From: an uncultured virus (IMG/VR IMGVR_UViG_3300034073_005193) | Lineage: Duplodnaviria > Heunggongvirae > Uroviricota > Caudoviricetes | IMG/VR virus record: IMGVR_UViG_3300034073_005193 | Location: 1 to 64,000 of that record | Reading direction: 5' to 3' (one strand) | Length of the DNA stretch: 64,000 nucleotides | In this document: one piece after another, positions 11,888 to 23,871 of the stretch | Numbering within the stretch: position 1 is the stretch's first letter | Layout: every line of letters starts with the position of its first letter | Made by a program: the position numbers and the translations under genes | The notes under the pieces: generated by a model | Seen by the model: the letters and a program-made list of their open reading frames with translations, nothing else | What the model was told of the DNA's origin: nothing | Databases searched by the model: none

Positions 11888-12220
11888 ATGGAAACAAATA
11901 GCAATTTAGAGATTGAAAAGAAATCTGAAGAAACTTGGAATTCTTTAACCCAAGAACAGCAGTTAGATGTTTTTTGCGCTGTTGCTCGAAGGTTATATCA
12001 AGGGGAGATAGTCGATAAAGGATCTTTCAGATATATTTTGTATGATGTTTTTAAATTTGGTCCCGAAGCCTACACGCCAGCTTATGACGCTGGTTATATG
12101 ATGATTCATAATGCTATTTGCGATCAACAAGATTATGATGATTTAATTATTAAAGTTAAAAAGTTTGCTGAAGAAAATAATCTTGACCAGAAAATCATAG
12201 AAAGTTATTTTAAATTTTAA
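11888..12220 (+). CDS. Hypothetical protein, paralog of 9303-9710
   Basis: Shared motif block with 9303-9710. Confidence 0.8.
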   Translation: METNSNLEIEKKSEETWNSLTQEQQLDVFCAVARRLYQGEIVDKGSFRYILYDVFKFGPEAYTPAYDAGYMMIHNAICDQQDYDDLIIKVKKFAEENNLDQKIIESYFKF

Positions 12221-12223
12221 AAA

Positions 12224-13207
12224 TTACCACAAAACTATAACCTTACCAACTAACCAATCAAGATATTGCTTAATGTCTTTTTCAACTTCGCCAAATATTT
12301 TTACTAATTCTCTTCTTATATTTGGAATGTCTTCATTTCTAGGTTTTAATGTATAATTAAAACTGTCTTTTTCATATATAGAAAGCTTAGACAAAGCATT
12401 ATTAGCATACAGAGTAACGCCTTTTAAATTAATATTTTCAAGAGATTCCCCAGATTGATTGTACAAAACTAGCAAATCAGAAAGAAAATCAATCAAATTT
12501 TCATTTTTTAAATTCATCTCTGACACAGATCCCTTAATTATATTGCTATTTGCTATTATTGTAGTTAAAATAACAAACGCTGCTCTTTGATAATTATACA
12601 AGTAATCATCAAAAGGAACTGTTAAAATTTCTCCAAGATCAGAAATTTTCTTTACTTCATAATCATCGTTAATGGCTTTGATAAAATTATCAGCTTTAAA
12701 TAAATTTTCATATTTATCTAAAATTGCATGACCTAAATCATGATCAATTCCTTTAGGTCCCGTTAAATCTGAAGATTCAAATTTGTTTGCAATAATGTTA
12801 ATTGCATCTGGTTTGAATATATCATTAAAATTTTGTAATAAAAATTTACCTTCTTTTACTGTATCTTCTTCAAGTTCTTTCGAGTTTATGATTGATTTAA
12901 TTTTTTCTTCATACTCTGTAAGAGCGATAGGCTTTCCAGATTTTAATCCAAATATTTTTTCAGAGTAAATAATTCTATATTTTACGTTTGTATATTGATA
13001 ATGGCTTTTGAACTCTTCAATTGAAGGAAGGCTCATTATATAATCACTTTTTTTTCTACTTCTTCTAGAATCTGTTAATCTAGTTGTATCTGAACCATAT
13101 TCAGAATAAGGAGTTATAATAACATCATCTAGCGGAGCCGCTCTTTTGATTAAAAAATCAAAATAATCGACTATACTAGCTATATTTTTAATTTTCTTTG
13201 AAGCCAT
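12224..13207 (-). CDS. Hypothetical protein (probable start MASKK at 13207), possible zincin-like HxxxH, possible virion cargo
   Basis: Inverted single gene; AATATTTTTACATAAT-3nt-ATG upstream; N-terminal KNIASIVDYFDFLIKRAA; internal HDLGH. Confidence 0.6.
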   Translation of the reverse strand: MASKKIKNIASIVDYFDFLIKRAAPLDDVIITPYSEYGSDTTRLTDSRRSRKKSDYIMSLPSIEEFKSHYQYTNVKYRIIYSEKIFGLKSGKPIALTEYEEKIKSIINSKELEEDTVKEGKFLLQNFNDIFKPDAINIIANKFESSDLTGPKGIDHDLGHAILDKYENLFKADNFIKAINDDYEVKKISDLGEILTVPFDDYLYNYQRAAFVILTTIIANSNIIKGSVSEMNLKNENLIDFLSDLLVLYNQSGESLENINLKGVTLYANNALSKLSIYEKDSFNYTLKPRNEDIPNIRRELVKIFGEVEKDIKQYLDWLVGKVIVLW

Positions 13208-13648
13208 GCGATTATGTAAAAATATTAGCATCAATATAGAAAGCAACAATAATGATCAAGTCAAATCAAATAGAAATTAGCTCAAAAGAATTAACCATAG
13301 AAGAATTAAAAAAAAGATTAGCCTGGACAGAGGAATGGTACGCCGTTCGCTTTCAGCATTTCAGAAAGTTATGCGAAGATCATAATCTTTTAACAGAGTT
13401 TTGCAATATTGCCGCCAATGGGAGAGAAGATATAACTTCCCCTCCCACATTTCAAAATTTATTAAATCTAGCTAATCTTGAAAAAGAAAAGGCTATTAAA
13501 GCAGCTAAACAAACTGCCAAAAACATGGAAGAGATGGAGCGAGATCTCTATCTTAAATTGAACGAAAAAGAAAAGGCAATTGAAGATCTAAAAGATCTAT
13601 TGGTAGAACTATCAGAGAAAATTCAAAGATTTCTTTAAATCTATATTT

Positions 13649-14485
13649 TCATCTTTCTAAAGTTGACCTGACGACCCAGAAATCCATTGCATATTGAGTG
13701 TTTTTAATAAAGTCGTAAGGCATCCAGAAATAACCTTTCTGCCCCCAGCTTCTGCCCCAAGAGTTTCTAATTTTAAAAGCCCCTGTGGTAATTTCACCAT
13801 TTCTATTTCTAAGTTTTCTAGAATCTTCATAACCAACCATGGTTAAAGCATGACCGCCTTCTGCAATATCTTTGGGTCCAGGTAAACCATAAACTGCACT
13901 CTTAGATGTTTCAGGGTCCATTAAATGAGTAAAAGCAATAGCTCCGAAAGCAATTAAATATCCCGTAGCCAAAGCTGCTTTCATAGTAGTAATGTCGCCA
14001 TTGTTAATTCTATAATAGTCAACAATTTTATGGAGCTTAGCGTTATCATAAACATTTTGAGAAGGTTTAACTAAAAATTTAGTTATGTCATAACCCCAAA
14101 ATGATTCATCAACTGTCCCAAATGAGTTTAATGATTTGATGGCATTTCTCATGGTAGCGCCAGAATCTTGATTAATAGTGCCTTCCATTTCACGAGTTAC
14201 ATAATATTGAAATAATCTTGAAAGGTTTTTGTATCCTTTCTTGACGCCAAATCGATTATCGTTATATTCTAGAATGGCTGTAGTAACATGAGCGGTACAA
14301 GAGCCAATTGAACCTTGGTCGTCAATTGGAGAACAAAATTTGCTATTGTCAATCATGACCGGGGCAGCATGTAAAATATCCGTTGGATTAGTTTTTAAAA
14401 TAAAATCTCTTTCATCGGGCTGATCAACTTTCCAGCTTTTTAGATGCACGGATTTATTTGACCCTAATAAAATATGAGTTGACAT
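13649..14485 (-). CDS. Papain-like (C1 family) cysteine peptidase
   Basis: DQGSIGSC (Gln/Cys), GGHA (His), IRNSWG.SWGQKGYFW (Asn). Confidence 0.92.
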   Translation of the reverse strand: MSTHILLGSNKSVHLKSWKVDQPDERDFILKTNPTDILHAAPVMIDNSKFCSPIDDQGSIGSCTAHVTTAILEYNDNRFGVKKGYKNLSRLFQYYVTREMEGTINQDSGATMRNAIKSLNSFGTVDESFWGYDITKFLVKPSQNVYDNAKLHKIVDYYRINNGDITTMKAALATGYLIAFGAIAFTHLMDPETSKSAVYGLPGPKDIAEGGHALTMVGYEDSRKLRNRNGEITTGAFKIRNSWGRSWGQKGYFWMPYDFIKNTQYAMDFWVVRSTLER

Positions 14486-14792
14486 AGTTTGCTCCTATCT
14501 TAATGCGATATAGTTGATATATTTAAGGAGGTTTTATGAGCCACGTTAACATTCAAATTAATCAATTTTTTAAAGAATTAATCAAATATGGTCTAGGAGA
14601 AGAGGTTCATTTTTGGGGTGTCAGCAAAGATTTTGACCCTGAACAATTAGAAATCCTCATCTCTAACATAGAGGAAATGGATCGAGTCATGTCGGATCTT
14701 AGACCTATTGTTATTAATGCATTAAAACAAATTGCCGAAGATTACAAGAAAGAAAAATCTAAATAACTGTCAGACCCTAGAAGAATTAGGGG

Positions 14793-14820
14793 TTGACAGT
14801 ATAAAATGACGAGCTAAGCT
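14793..14820 (+). promoter_or_regulatory. sigma70-type promoter; -35 lies in the right arm of an inverted repeat
   Basis: TTGACA-16nt-TAAGCT; arms ACTGTCAGACCCTA (14766-14779) / TAGGGGTTGACAGT (14787-14800); AAGGAGG RBS downstream. Confidence 0.6.
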
Positions 14821-15989
14821 GTGGCTCAATGACTTCGCATGGATCTACGGAAGAAAAATAATTTTGATTAGCTCCAAGGAGGAATTATGGATGATGTTAA
14901 ATTTAGAGATGCACTAGAGGCAGTTCAAACGCTTGCTAAAATGTATGTCGCTAAATCAGCTAATTTTTCGAAATATATAAATACATATCTTGATGAGCCA
15001 GTACCAGATAAGAAAAAAATCTTATGGTATAAGGTTGGTCACGATAATAAAAATCATTTTTATCTAGGAGTAGACCCCAAAGGCAATATCTTTTTACGAA
15101 CTTATCCTGAAAAAGGATGGGATATGGAAAAGAAAGAGCCTATTTATGGCAAGGGTAAAACTACCAAAGTTAAAGATAACGAACTAACTGGAGTATATTT
15201 CGGCAGCTGGTAAACAACATATAAAGGAGGAGCGATGAGATTAGACAAGTGCCTTGTAGTAGAATCTGTATCTGTGGAAGAATTGAAGAATTCATATTCT
15301 ACTTGCTCAAAAGCTTTTCCTCAATATGCGATTACTATGCAGTTTCCTTGCGAATTTATGGAAACTGTAGACAATCCAAGACCTATTGGGTTTCGAGATG
15401 CTGAAGAATCAAATCTGCAAAAAGCAGATTGCGGATTCTTATTTGAGCTTAAAAATTGCAACCATCAAAATTTTAATGTCAAGTTAATTCATTTTAATGG
15501 TAAAATTTATATTTTTAAAGGTGTTTACCAATACGCCAACTATGTTGCTGATCAAGTGGCAAACTTCTTGAATAGCTTAAAAAATTTATCTCCAGATCAA
15601 GTTTTTGTATCGGAGCCTTATAAATCTTGGTGTGATGAAGAGTTTAAAAAAGAAAGTTTAGTTCTTCATAATTATAAAGTTGATAAAGAAGATTTAAACA
15701 AACTTGGATTATCTGTTTAGGAGTAAGAAATAGTTATGACAACTTGGAAAGTTTCTTTTAGTCAGCCTGTTAATATTCATGTCGATGTAGATAATGTGGA
15801 AAAGTCACCTTCTAAAGAAAGTATTCTTAAAAAGTTAGAAGAGTCTAATTTGTCAAGGTATGATAAACTTCGTGCCAAAAATTGTCTGCACAGTTTAACT
15901 GTACCATGGATTGTTACGGAGAATTCTCCAGTTTATTTTCATTCCAGTCATCCTGATCTTGGAAATGTTTCCATTACTGTTAAAAAAGC

Positions 15990-16532
15990 ATGATTTATCA
16001 TCAGAAATCATCAGAGCGTGAAGTAATTATTACAAGAACTTCTGACGGCAAGATTAAAAAAGAAGTTTATTGCTTTTCTCCTTATATGTTTGGTAAGTCT
16101 TTAAAGCTTAGACTTGCTGCCTTTTCTCATTTTTTGGACTGGATCAAAGCCAATCCTGTGCCGGGATTGGTAACAATTTATGATAGCTCTACAAATTTGC
16201 CTGAGAACTATTACTCTTATATTATGGAAGAGCTTAAAGAACTCAATAGAAGCGAGGAGAATCTAGTAGATGATTATTATAAGTATCACAACGGAGATTT
16301 ACCAAAGAAAGAAGAGCGAGAATATAATTCGCTTATTAAAAGGCATTATAAGCTCTATTGTTTCTTAGAAGAAAATTCTGGACTATATGATGACATCCAT
16401 GGTGGAAATATTGGAATTTCTAAAGATGGAAATTATAAATTCATGGATCTGGAAGGATCTTCTTGGGATTTTGATGCCAAACAAGATTCTATTTGGGTAA
16501 AATTTAAAAATAAAATTATTTTTCAAGGTTAA
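15990..16532 (+). CDS. Small protein-kinase-like fold protein
   Basis: YIMEEL hinge, DIHGGNI catalytic loop, FMDLE (DFG-equivalent). Confidence 0.6.
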   Translation: MIYHQKSSEREVIITRTSDGKIKKEVYCFSPYMFGKSLKLRLAAFSHFLDWIKANPVPGLVTIYDSSTNLPENYYSYIMEELKELNRSEENLVDDYYKYHNGDLPKKEEREYNSLIKRHYKLYCFLEENSGLYDDIHGGNIGISKDGNYKFMDLEGSSWDFDAKQDSIWVKFKNKIIFQG

Positions 16533-17169
16533 AATTATGAAAGCTTCAGTTGGGTTTGATGGCATTTCTTTGTTTACTCTTGAATCAAAGAAAACATTTG
16601 TTCATATAGGATTGTTCCATCCTTTTCAAGTTTGGGGTCGAGGAGAATATTGGCATAATGATTTAGTTTTTGATTTTGGATTGGGTCCATTTTTTAGAAT
16701 TATTAAATTTGATATTAAGGAGTAGAATATGAATATTGGAGATATTGTTGAAGTTCATTGTGATTTAGAAGGTCAGCCGGTCAATTACCCGCAAAATTAT
16801 TCTTTTACAGTTAATAGAAAATTCAAAGTCGTTGGAAAATCTAACAAAGAAGATCTTTATTTGCTAGATTTGCATTATGCCTCTCCTTTTGGAGTTAAAG
16901 CTTCTAGAATGGACTTGAATAATTTTGAACTAATGTCCGGAATTGATTCCACTAATCTTCCATTGATGAAATTTTTTCCTGTAACTTCCAATGCTTTTCT
17001 AAAAAAGGCAGAAGTTAAATCCTCTGGTGGAAATTGCATACATTGCGGAGAGCATTATCCTTATGCCGAAGTTAAGAGACAGGATAAGAAATTTCTTTGC
17101 TATTCTTGTCGAGCCTCGGTAGCAGGAAGATATCCTGAGTTTGCGTGAAAACTTTGATCTTTTACTCTC

Positions 17170-17197
17170 TTGACCTGCAATCTTGGATGGCTATGTT
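17170..17197 (+). promoter_or_regulatory. sigma70-type promoter
   Basis: TTGACC-16nt-TATGTT; GCTATGTTGCTTCA is identical to the promoter at 27152. Confidence 0.65.
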
Positions 17198-17216
17198 GCT
17201 TCATGCCTGAGGAGAG

Positions 17217-17618
17217 GTGTATAACATGGACAAGAAGATTTTTCAGTATCTGCGTGTTGCGGCGAACATGGCTCGTAAGAAGAAGGACCAGCGAACCTTT
17301 TTCTTGGGAGCCGTTGGCATTCGTAAGGATGGCGCATTCGTTCAAAGTTTTAATGCCCCTTCTTTTCAGCCCGCCCCCTGTGGTCATGCCGAAGCTCGTT
17401 TGGCTCGAAAGCTAGACCGAGGAGCCGTAGTTTATGTGGCTCGTATTCGGGCGGACGGATCTTTTGGTAGTGCCAAGCCTTGTGCTAATTGCGAGAAGGT
17501 TTTGCGCCAGAAGGGAGTGAAGAAGGTTTATTATAGTCTCGCAGATGAAGAGTATGGCGTTCTTTGTGTGAATAAGAATTATGAACCTGTTTTGAAGCAA
17601 GCTCGTCACGTTCGCTGA
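17217..17618 (+). CDS. Zinc-dependent cytidine/dCMP deaminase family protein
   Basis: HAE and KPCANC zinc-binding motifs, GVKKVYY. Confidence 0.85.
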   Translation: MYNMDKKIFQYLRVAANMARKKKDQRTFFLGAVGIRKDGAFVQSFNAPSFQPAPCGHAEARLARKLDRGAVVYVARIRADGSFGSAKPCANCEKVLRQKGVKKVYYSLADEEYGVLCVNKNYEPVLKQARHVR

Positions 17619-18257
17619 GAGTAAGATATAGGAGATTACAATGGCTAAAAGAGCGGAAAAAGACCTTAAAGATTTTAATTATTCGCTGGATGAACTTGGA
17701 AATCTAAATTTGTCTTATATTGATTTGCGGGATGGCAATCGCAAAATGCAATACAAGTTGGCTGTAATTTTGCCTGATGGTATCAGGTTTGGAGCACATT
17801 TCTTTCATTGGGCAGAGTGGAACAAAGTTATTGCAGATGTTAAGAAAGGCAAAGCCAAACTAGAAGAAATTCAAGCTCATAAAGATGCAGTTGCGCTTTC
17901 GGTGAAAGTCCTTAATGATAAGGTAGAGGAGAAATGATTATGTCAGAACCCATGGTAACAATTTTTTTAAAACCCGAAGCTCTTAATGATATTTCTTATG
18001 CTTTAGTTAAATATCGAGATGGAGTTTCTCTTAAGCACAATGTTAATCTTTCAATTGGAGAGGATTGTTTAAAAGTTGAAGTTGAACCAAGTGCTTTGAG
18101 TCAGTCTCTTGCAATTGAACTTAATTTCTGCAACGATAGAGGCTGCTCTGTTTATAAGACGGCAATTTAATGAGTCTTTTAACAACAATTTTTATCGGAA
18201 CTATTGTTTTTGTTTTTTTATCATTTTATTTAATAAATAAGATGTTTGAAGATTAAT

Positions 18258-19292
18258 ATGCAAGATTTGGCAAATATAAAACAAATATCTCAAATTATAC
18301 CGCACCCTAACGCTGACGCTTTAGAAATTGCCATTATTGAAGGCTGGCAATGTGTAGTTAAAAAAGAGCAATTTAAGACCAATGATTTGGTAGTTTATAT
18401 TGCTATTGATACGTTGCTTAATAGCAAACCTTCTTGGGCTAGCTTTCTTGAGCAACGCAATTGGAGAGTTAGACTAATTAAGTTGAGAGGCGAATTGTCT
18501 TATGGACTAATTTTGCCTCTTTCTGTTTTGCCAGAAAACACACCAATTGAATTAGACTCTGACGTTTCTAATCTACTAGGAGTAGTTAAATATCAGAAAC
18601 CGGAATCAAATGCTGGCAAACATTCTCCAGGAAAAACTAAGCTTAATTCGTTTCCATCTTTTACTGGAATGCATGTTACTGATGAGGTTAATCTTCAGTC
18701 AAAGCTAAGAATGTTAAATGAGTTGCTTGGCAAGCCATATTATATAACTACAAAGTGGGATGGAAGCAGCATGACAGCAATTTATACTGCTACCCCATCA
18801 AATCCTGATGGAGAATTTGTACTTGCCTCTAGAAATCGTTGGTTGGAATTTTCTGACGAAGCCACTGATAATTGGAGCAAAGCAGCTAAAAAATATAATC
18901 TTCCAGAGATTTTAAAGAATTCTAATTATGGATTTCAATGTGAGTTAGTAGCTCCTGGAATTCAATCAAACCGTGCAGGGCTATCAGAGGTAGAAATTAG
19001 AATTTTCAATTTATTTGATAAGACTACTAGAAAATATGCAAGCCTAAAAGAGTTGCAAGATTTTTGCAGTTCTACTGGATTGCCCATAGTAACTTTACTA
19101 GAATCTGGTGAGAGTTTTAATTACAGTTTAGAACAATTGCTACAATTAGCCAAAACAGTTAAATATCCAAACAATTTTCCAGCAGAGGGCATTGTGTTGC
19201 GTCCTCAGGTTGGATTTTATAGTGAAACTTTAAAAGATAAATGGTCTTGTAAAGTTTTGAACAGTGATTATCTTTTAAAGTTTGAAGAGTGA
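18258..19292 (+). CDS. ATP-dependent RNA ligase (DRB0094/Rnl2-like, N-terminal OB module)
   Basis: HPNADALE N-terminus, KLRGELSYGL, motif I KWDGSS, QCEL..PGIQ.N, EGIV, KV terminal motif. Confidence 0.88.
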   Translation: MQDLANIKQISQIIPHPNADALEIAIIEGWQCVVKKEQFKTNDLVVYIAIDTLLNSKPSWASFLEQRNWRVRLIKLRGELSYGLILPLSVLPENTPIELDSDVSNLLGVVKYQKPESNAGKHSPGKTKLNSFPSFTGMHVTDEVNLQSKLRMLNELLGKPYYITTKWDGSSMTAIYTATPSNPDGEFVLASRNRWLEFSDEATDNWSKAAKKYNLPEILKNSNYGFQCELVAPGIQSNRAGLSEVEIRIFNLFDKTTRKYASLKELQDFCSSTGLPIVTLLESGESFNYSLEQLLQLAKTVKYPNNFPAEGIVLRPQVGFYSETLKDKWSCKVLNSDYLLKFEE

Positions 19293-19425
19293 CATTTTTG
19301 TTAAAAATTTAATGCTAATTAAAATTCAAACAATTAAATTGCATATAATTGATGATTAAAACGATTATATTATTTAGTATTTTGAATTTAGTCAGAGAGT
19401 GGGTAATTTATCAAGAAAATCGAGA

Positions 19426-19454
19426 TTGACAAGTAAAAGATCTTGCACTATGCT
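19426..19454 (+). promoter_or_regulatory. sigma70-type promoter
   Basis: TTGACA-17nt-TATGCT in an intergenic gap; GGAGG RBS downstream. Confidence 0.7.
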
Positions 19455-20034
19455 AGTTGTGTAAGGGCTAGAAGCCCCATTAACTATTATTAACAACATT
19501 ATTATTGGAGGAAGTTATGAGCCACGTTAGAATCAAGTATGTTCGTGATATGAAGCGTAATCCCGTTGGTTGCATTGCATATATAGTTTCAGATAATCAA
19601 ATTTCTATTGGAGTTGCTTCGTGCAATCCATGCGATCCTTTCAAGAAGGAAATTTCACGATCTCTGGCAATTGGTCGACTGGTAGCCTCGCCAGAAAAGG
19701 GAACGGCTCCAAATGAGCGCTCAGTCCGAGCACTTACCCGAGCAGTTCTAGAAATGGCAGCTTCTAGCGATCATGCTTCTAGCCGGGTTGTTCGACTAGC
19801 GAACCGAGAAGTTAAATCAACACAGGCATAATCTATGCATAAAATCGATAAAGTATATGTTGTTTTTGATGAATTAGATGAACCATGCATGGTGGCTAAT
19901 ACTAAATCATCGGCACAATCTTATATTAATTGGTTTTTAGATAAAAGTAAAAAATATTATATTGATTATTTTTTAGTGGACACATTAAAAATGAATCAAG
20001 AAGAAATAACAAGAATGTTAAAGGAGTTTTCGCC

Positions 20035-20373
20035 ATGAAGCGTTATATTATACTTTGTTTTTTAGCAGCCTGTTCAGATTCTGAACAACCATTGCCATCA
20101 TGTCAACCTCATACTTGTGCCGAATTTCACCATGAAACGGTTCCAGTTTGTGGAAAAGTTTATGATGGCTGTGGAAAAGATCTAGATTGTGGACCTTGTG
20201 ATACCTCTGATTTAGGGGGTGGAGGAGCCGAAGGAAATAGCTGTGTAGTATCTACATCTTCTGTATCTTCAAGTTCTTCTGCATCATCAAGTTCTACCAC
20301 AGTTTCATCTGGATCTGGAGATCAAGGCGAAGGCGGAGCCAATATGTGCGAAGACTTAACGTTTGATAAGTGA
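20035..20373 (+). CDS. Cys-rich lipoprotein with Ser/Gly linker (myxobacterial style)
   Basis: Lipobox LAAC, CG...DGCG..LDCG.C motif, GGGG/SSSSS tracts. Confidence 0.7.
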   Translation: MKRYIILCFLAACSDSEQPLPSCQPHTCAEFHHETVPVCGKVYDGCGKDLDCGPCDTSDLGGGGAEGNSCVVSTSSVSSSSSASSSSTTVSSGSGDQGEGGANMCEDLTFDK

Positions 20374-21266
20374 AAATTAAATATTGATTATTTTAATGGC
20401 TGCACTATTACTTTAGTGCAGCCATTGGAGTTTTATGGATAATAAATTCATTCTTCTAGAAGAAAAATTAAAAGATTTAAAAAAATACAGAAAAGATAAA
20501 ATTAAAGAAATAGAAATTTTAGATACAGAAATTAATTGGATTAAAATTCAATTAGAAAAATTAGCAGAGAAAAATATTAATTATTAATTATATATTCATG
20601 GTTCCCTTTTTGTTGGTTTTAATTGAATCCGACAAAATTTTCTATTCTGCTATTAGATGTTATTTAAAACTTGACATTAAAGGCTATGATTATCATATGC
20701 GATTATATCGTTGTTTTTTAAATGCCTGCGGCTACACCGAGCGTGAGTTTGATTCTAAATTGTTAGAATGGGTAGACGAGCAGTGGCATATTATCGCATA
20801 TAGTAGCCATGGACAAAATAGAATTTCATATTGGAATTGATTGTCCATTTTGCTTTCAACAAACCCATAATACCTTAATGGGTTCTAAAAATTTTTCATA
20901 CAATCATATTTATTGCACTCACTGTAGATTAACAGATATTGACAGCGAATTATTTGATTCAAAATTTGAAATGTGGTTTTTGGATGAAAAACTAATTTCA
21001 GTTATTATTTCTGATAATATAGGAGATAAATATTATCATTCTGAATTTTCTCCAATTCAACAAGAAGTCAATTTGTTTCAGGATGATGATGGCAGCAGAC
21101 ACGATGTTTCATTAAAAAAATGGAACTTAAGAGATCATATTGATATTCTTTATTCTCATATTGATTTTACGTCGCTGCCTATGAAGCCTGGAATTTCTTT
21201 AAAAATTAAAGAAATTTTAGATAATCCATATGTTGATTCAAATTTAAAATTTAAAATATTTAAAAC

Positions 21267-21292
21267 TAATATTTAGAAATAATATTTAGAAA
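21267..21292 (+). repeat. 13-bp tandem duplication
   Basis: TAATATTTAGAAA x2 at a gene boundary. Confidence 0.8.
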
Positions 21293-21792
21293 TAATAAAA
21301 GCTAAAGGTCATTATGGAAATAGTTCAACCTACTTATGAGGCAGCATATAAGTTTTTTGATAAATATAAAAAATATAGAAATGAGTATAAAAATTCTTTT
21401 TCTTTAGCAGAAAAAAAGAAGTCATTTAATGAACATTATGGACCTGATTCTATGCCTAGTCCAAAGATGTTTGGATCAAAAGAAACAATAGCTGAAGCTG
21501 AAAATTCTATTGATAATGAAAAAAAGCATTTTACAGAATTGTTAGACTACACTGAAAATGAAGCAAAAAACGCTCTTATGGAATCAGAATGGGAATATCT
21601 TAATGAGGTGGGAGATGTTCTTGGCGAATTTGTGCTAGATGATCATGTAAATTACGTAATATCAGAGTTTAAACAAGAATTATACCAAGATTTAGAACAT
21701 AGTAGCGCAGACTCATCTTCAACAAAGATAGCAAAATTAACAAAAATAGTAAATGCATTTCACAAAAGTTGTAAAAAATTAAAAAATAGCCC

Positions 21793-21820
21793 TTGACATT
21801 TAATGTCAGAGCGTTATACT
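21793..21820 (+). promoter_or_regulatory. sigma70-type promoter with palindrome over -35
   Basis: TTGACA-16nt-TATACT; TGACATT-T-AATGTCA (21794-21808). Confidence 0.7.
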
Positions 21821-21846
21821 TCTCTCAGGTTGAGAGGAGCGCCTTC

Positions 21847-22413
21847 ATGACTTTTGATATTGAAAAAGCAAGCCCAACGCTTACTAGTTGGATGTTTAAC
21901 GTAAAGCCTCATCTCAAGGCTTTATCAACAGAGCAAATTAGAGAGCATTGTAAGAAAAATAGCAAGCCATATGCTGTCATGATGGCTCAAATTATGGGTG
22001 ATTTTAATTTTGCCTCTGTAATTCGTTCTGCCAATGCTTTTGGTGCAGAAAAAGTTTTTTATTTTGGAAAAAAGCGTTTTGACCGTCGAGGAACATGCGG
22101 AACACATCTTTATATTGATGTGCAATATCTTTCCACTCAAGAACAAATTCAAGAATTGAAACAAGAATATACTTTTGTTGCTCTTGAAAATGTCAATCGC
22201 ACACACTATCTTAGCGATTTTACTTGGAACACTGACAAAAAGCCACTGATCATTATTGGTGAGGAAGGGACTGGTATTCCTTCTGAAGTGTTGTCTTTGT
22301 GTGATGTTCAAGTAGAAATTGAGCAATTTGGAAGCGTACCATCGGTAAATGCAGCAATTGCTGGTTCAATTGCAATGAATGATTTTGTAACTAAATATAA
22401 GAAGGGGCTTTGA
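21847..22413 (+). CDS. SpoU/TrmH family RNA 2'-O-methyltransferase
   Basis: NFASVIRSANAFG, IIGEEGTGI, EIEQFGSVPSVNAAIA SPOUT motifs; GAGGAG RBS before ATG 21847. Confidence 0.9.
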   Translation: MTFDIEKASPTLTSWMFNVKPHLKALSTEQIREHCKKNSKPYAVMMAQIMGDFNFASVIRSANAFGAEKVFYFGKKRFDRRGTCGTHLYIDVQYLSTQEQIQELKQEYTFVALENVNRTHYLSDFTWNTDKKPLIIIGEEGTGIPSEVLSLCDVQVEIEQFGSVPSVNAAIAGSIAMNDFVTKYKKGL

Positions 22414-22883
22414 TTATGATTCACATTCATACATCGAAATATGACATTGATTTTGATAAAATGAGTTTTCTTGGACCTTGTTTTAAATTTCCAGAGCATA
22501 AAGTTCATTGGACTAAGCAAGGCTCAATTGCTTCAGAAATTTTAAAACTGCATGAATCTGGAAAAGATGTTCATGTAATTACTTTATCTGGCTATGTATT
22601 TTGGTCAATTATTGAGCAGGGTCTTACAAGAAAAACTTTGCACCGCAATGATTTGAAGATTCATTATCACCGATCAGAAGATGTGATTAATATATCTGGA
22701 ATTGGTCCCAATCTAGAGCTATCAGCAGAATTAAATTCTCACTGGGATGGCGGCGGACATCACATTGCCAATATTCGTAGTATGCTTGGTTTCTATAAAG
22801 GAGATCAAGTAAACAAATATACATTTGATGATTTTGTTTCCTTAAACAAAAATTGTGCATAAGGTCAGTTTAACCAATAATTT

Positions 22884-23867
22884 ATGGAAGAAATAAATAC
22901 AGTACTTTCAAATCTAAATCTAGATGCGCAATGCATTGATTATCAATCAACTAACTCTTCGGAGTTTTATGATATCAAACTTGGCTATAAATGCTCAGTA
23001 AAGAAATTTTCAAATTCTCTCAAAGAGCTTGAATTTAGACTAGGTTCTCATAATTCATTGTTTTTAACTTTACTGCCTAAGAGCGGTTGTGTAAGAATTC
23101 AAAATTTGAAAAATAATCTTCAGATTAAATTTGAAGATGTATATTCCAAAAAAGAAGGGCTTCTCCCAGTAATCCTAGGCAAGGATTACTATGACAATAT
23201 TATTTTTTCAGATTTTTCTAATCATCCCCATACTTTAATTTCTGGAACAACTGGATCTGGAAAAAGTATGGCTCTGCATAACATTATTTGTAATTTATTA
23301 CTAAAAAATAATACAGAACTATATTTATCTGATTCTAAAGGAGTAGAATTTATTCCTTATGAACGTTTTTCTAAAATTTCAGAAATAGCTAAAACATATG
23401 ATGAAAATATATATATGCTTAAAAAAATCCATTATATTATGGAGAGTAGGTTTGCAATAATGCGCTCTAAAAATCAAAATAATTTCCAAAAATTATTTGG
23501 AATCAATCCAATTGCGATTATAATTGATGAACTTTCGGATTTATTGATTCAAGATAAAGATTCTGAATTAAAAAATATTTTACTATCCATTGCTCAAAAA
23601 TCTCGAGCTGCTGGAATTTTTTTAATTGCGGCAACACAGCGTCCGTCAGTTGATATTCTATCTGGGACCATCAAAGCCAATTTCCCGGCTAGAATAGCCC
23701 TTAAAGCAGCCTCCCCAGTTGATTCCAAAGTAATCCTAGACCAGACCGGAGCTGAAATGCTGAAAGGATATGGTGATGCAATTATTAACAATGAAAAATA
23801 TCAATTTCTTAGATTTAAATTTCCACTAATTAATCATCAATCAATAATTCAAAAAATTAAAAAATAA
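22884..23867 (+). CDS. FtsK/SpoIIIE-like ATPase
   Basis: PHTLISGTTGSGKS, IIIDELSDL, RAAGIFLIAATQRPSVD, DSKVILDQTGAE.L.G.GD. Confidence 0.92.
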   Translation: MEEINTVLSNLNLDAQCIDYQSTNSSEFYDIKLGYKCSVKKFSNSLKELEFRLGSHNSLFLTLLPKSGCVRIQNLKNNLQIKFEDVYSKKEGLLPVILGKDYYDNIIFSDFSNHPHTLISGTTGSGKSMALHNIICNLLLKNNTELYLSDSKGVEFIPYERFSKISEIAKTYDENIYMLKKIHYIMESRFAIMRSKNQNNFQKLFGINPIAIIIDELSDLLIQDKDSELKNILLSIAQKSRAAGIFLIAATQRPSVDILSGTIKANFPARIALKAASPVDSKVILDQTGAEMLKGYGDAIINNEKYQFLRFKFPLINHQSIIQKIKK

Positions 23868-23871
23868 AAAT

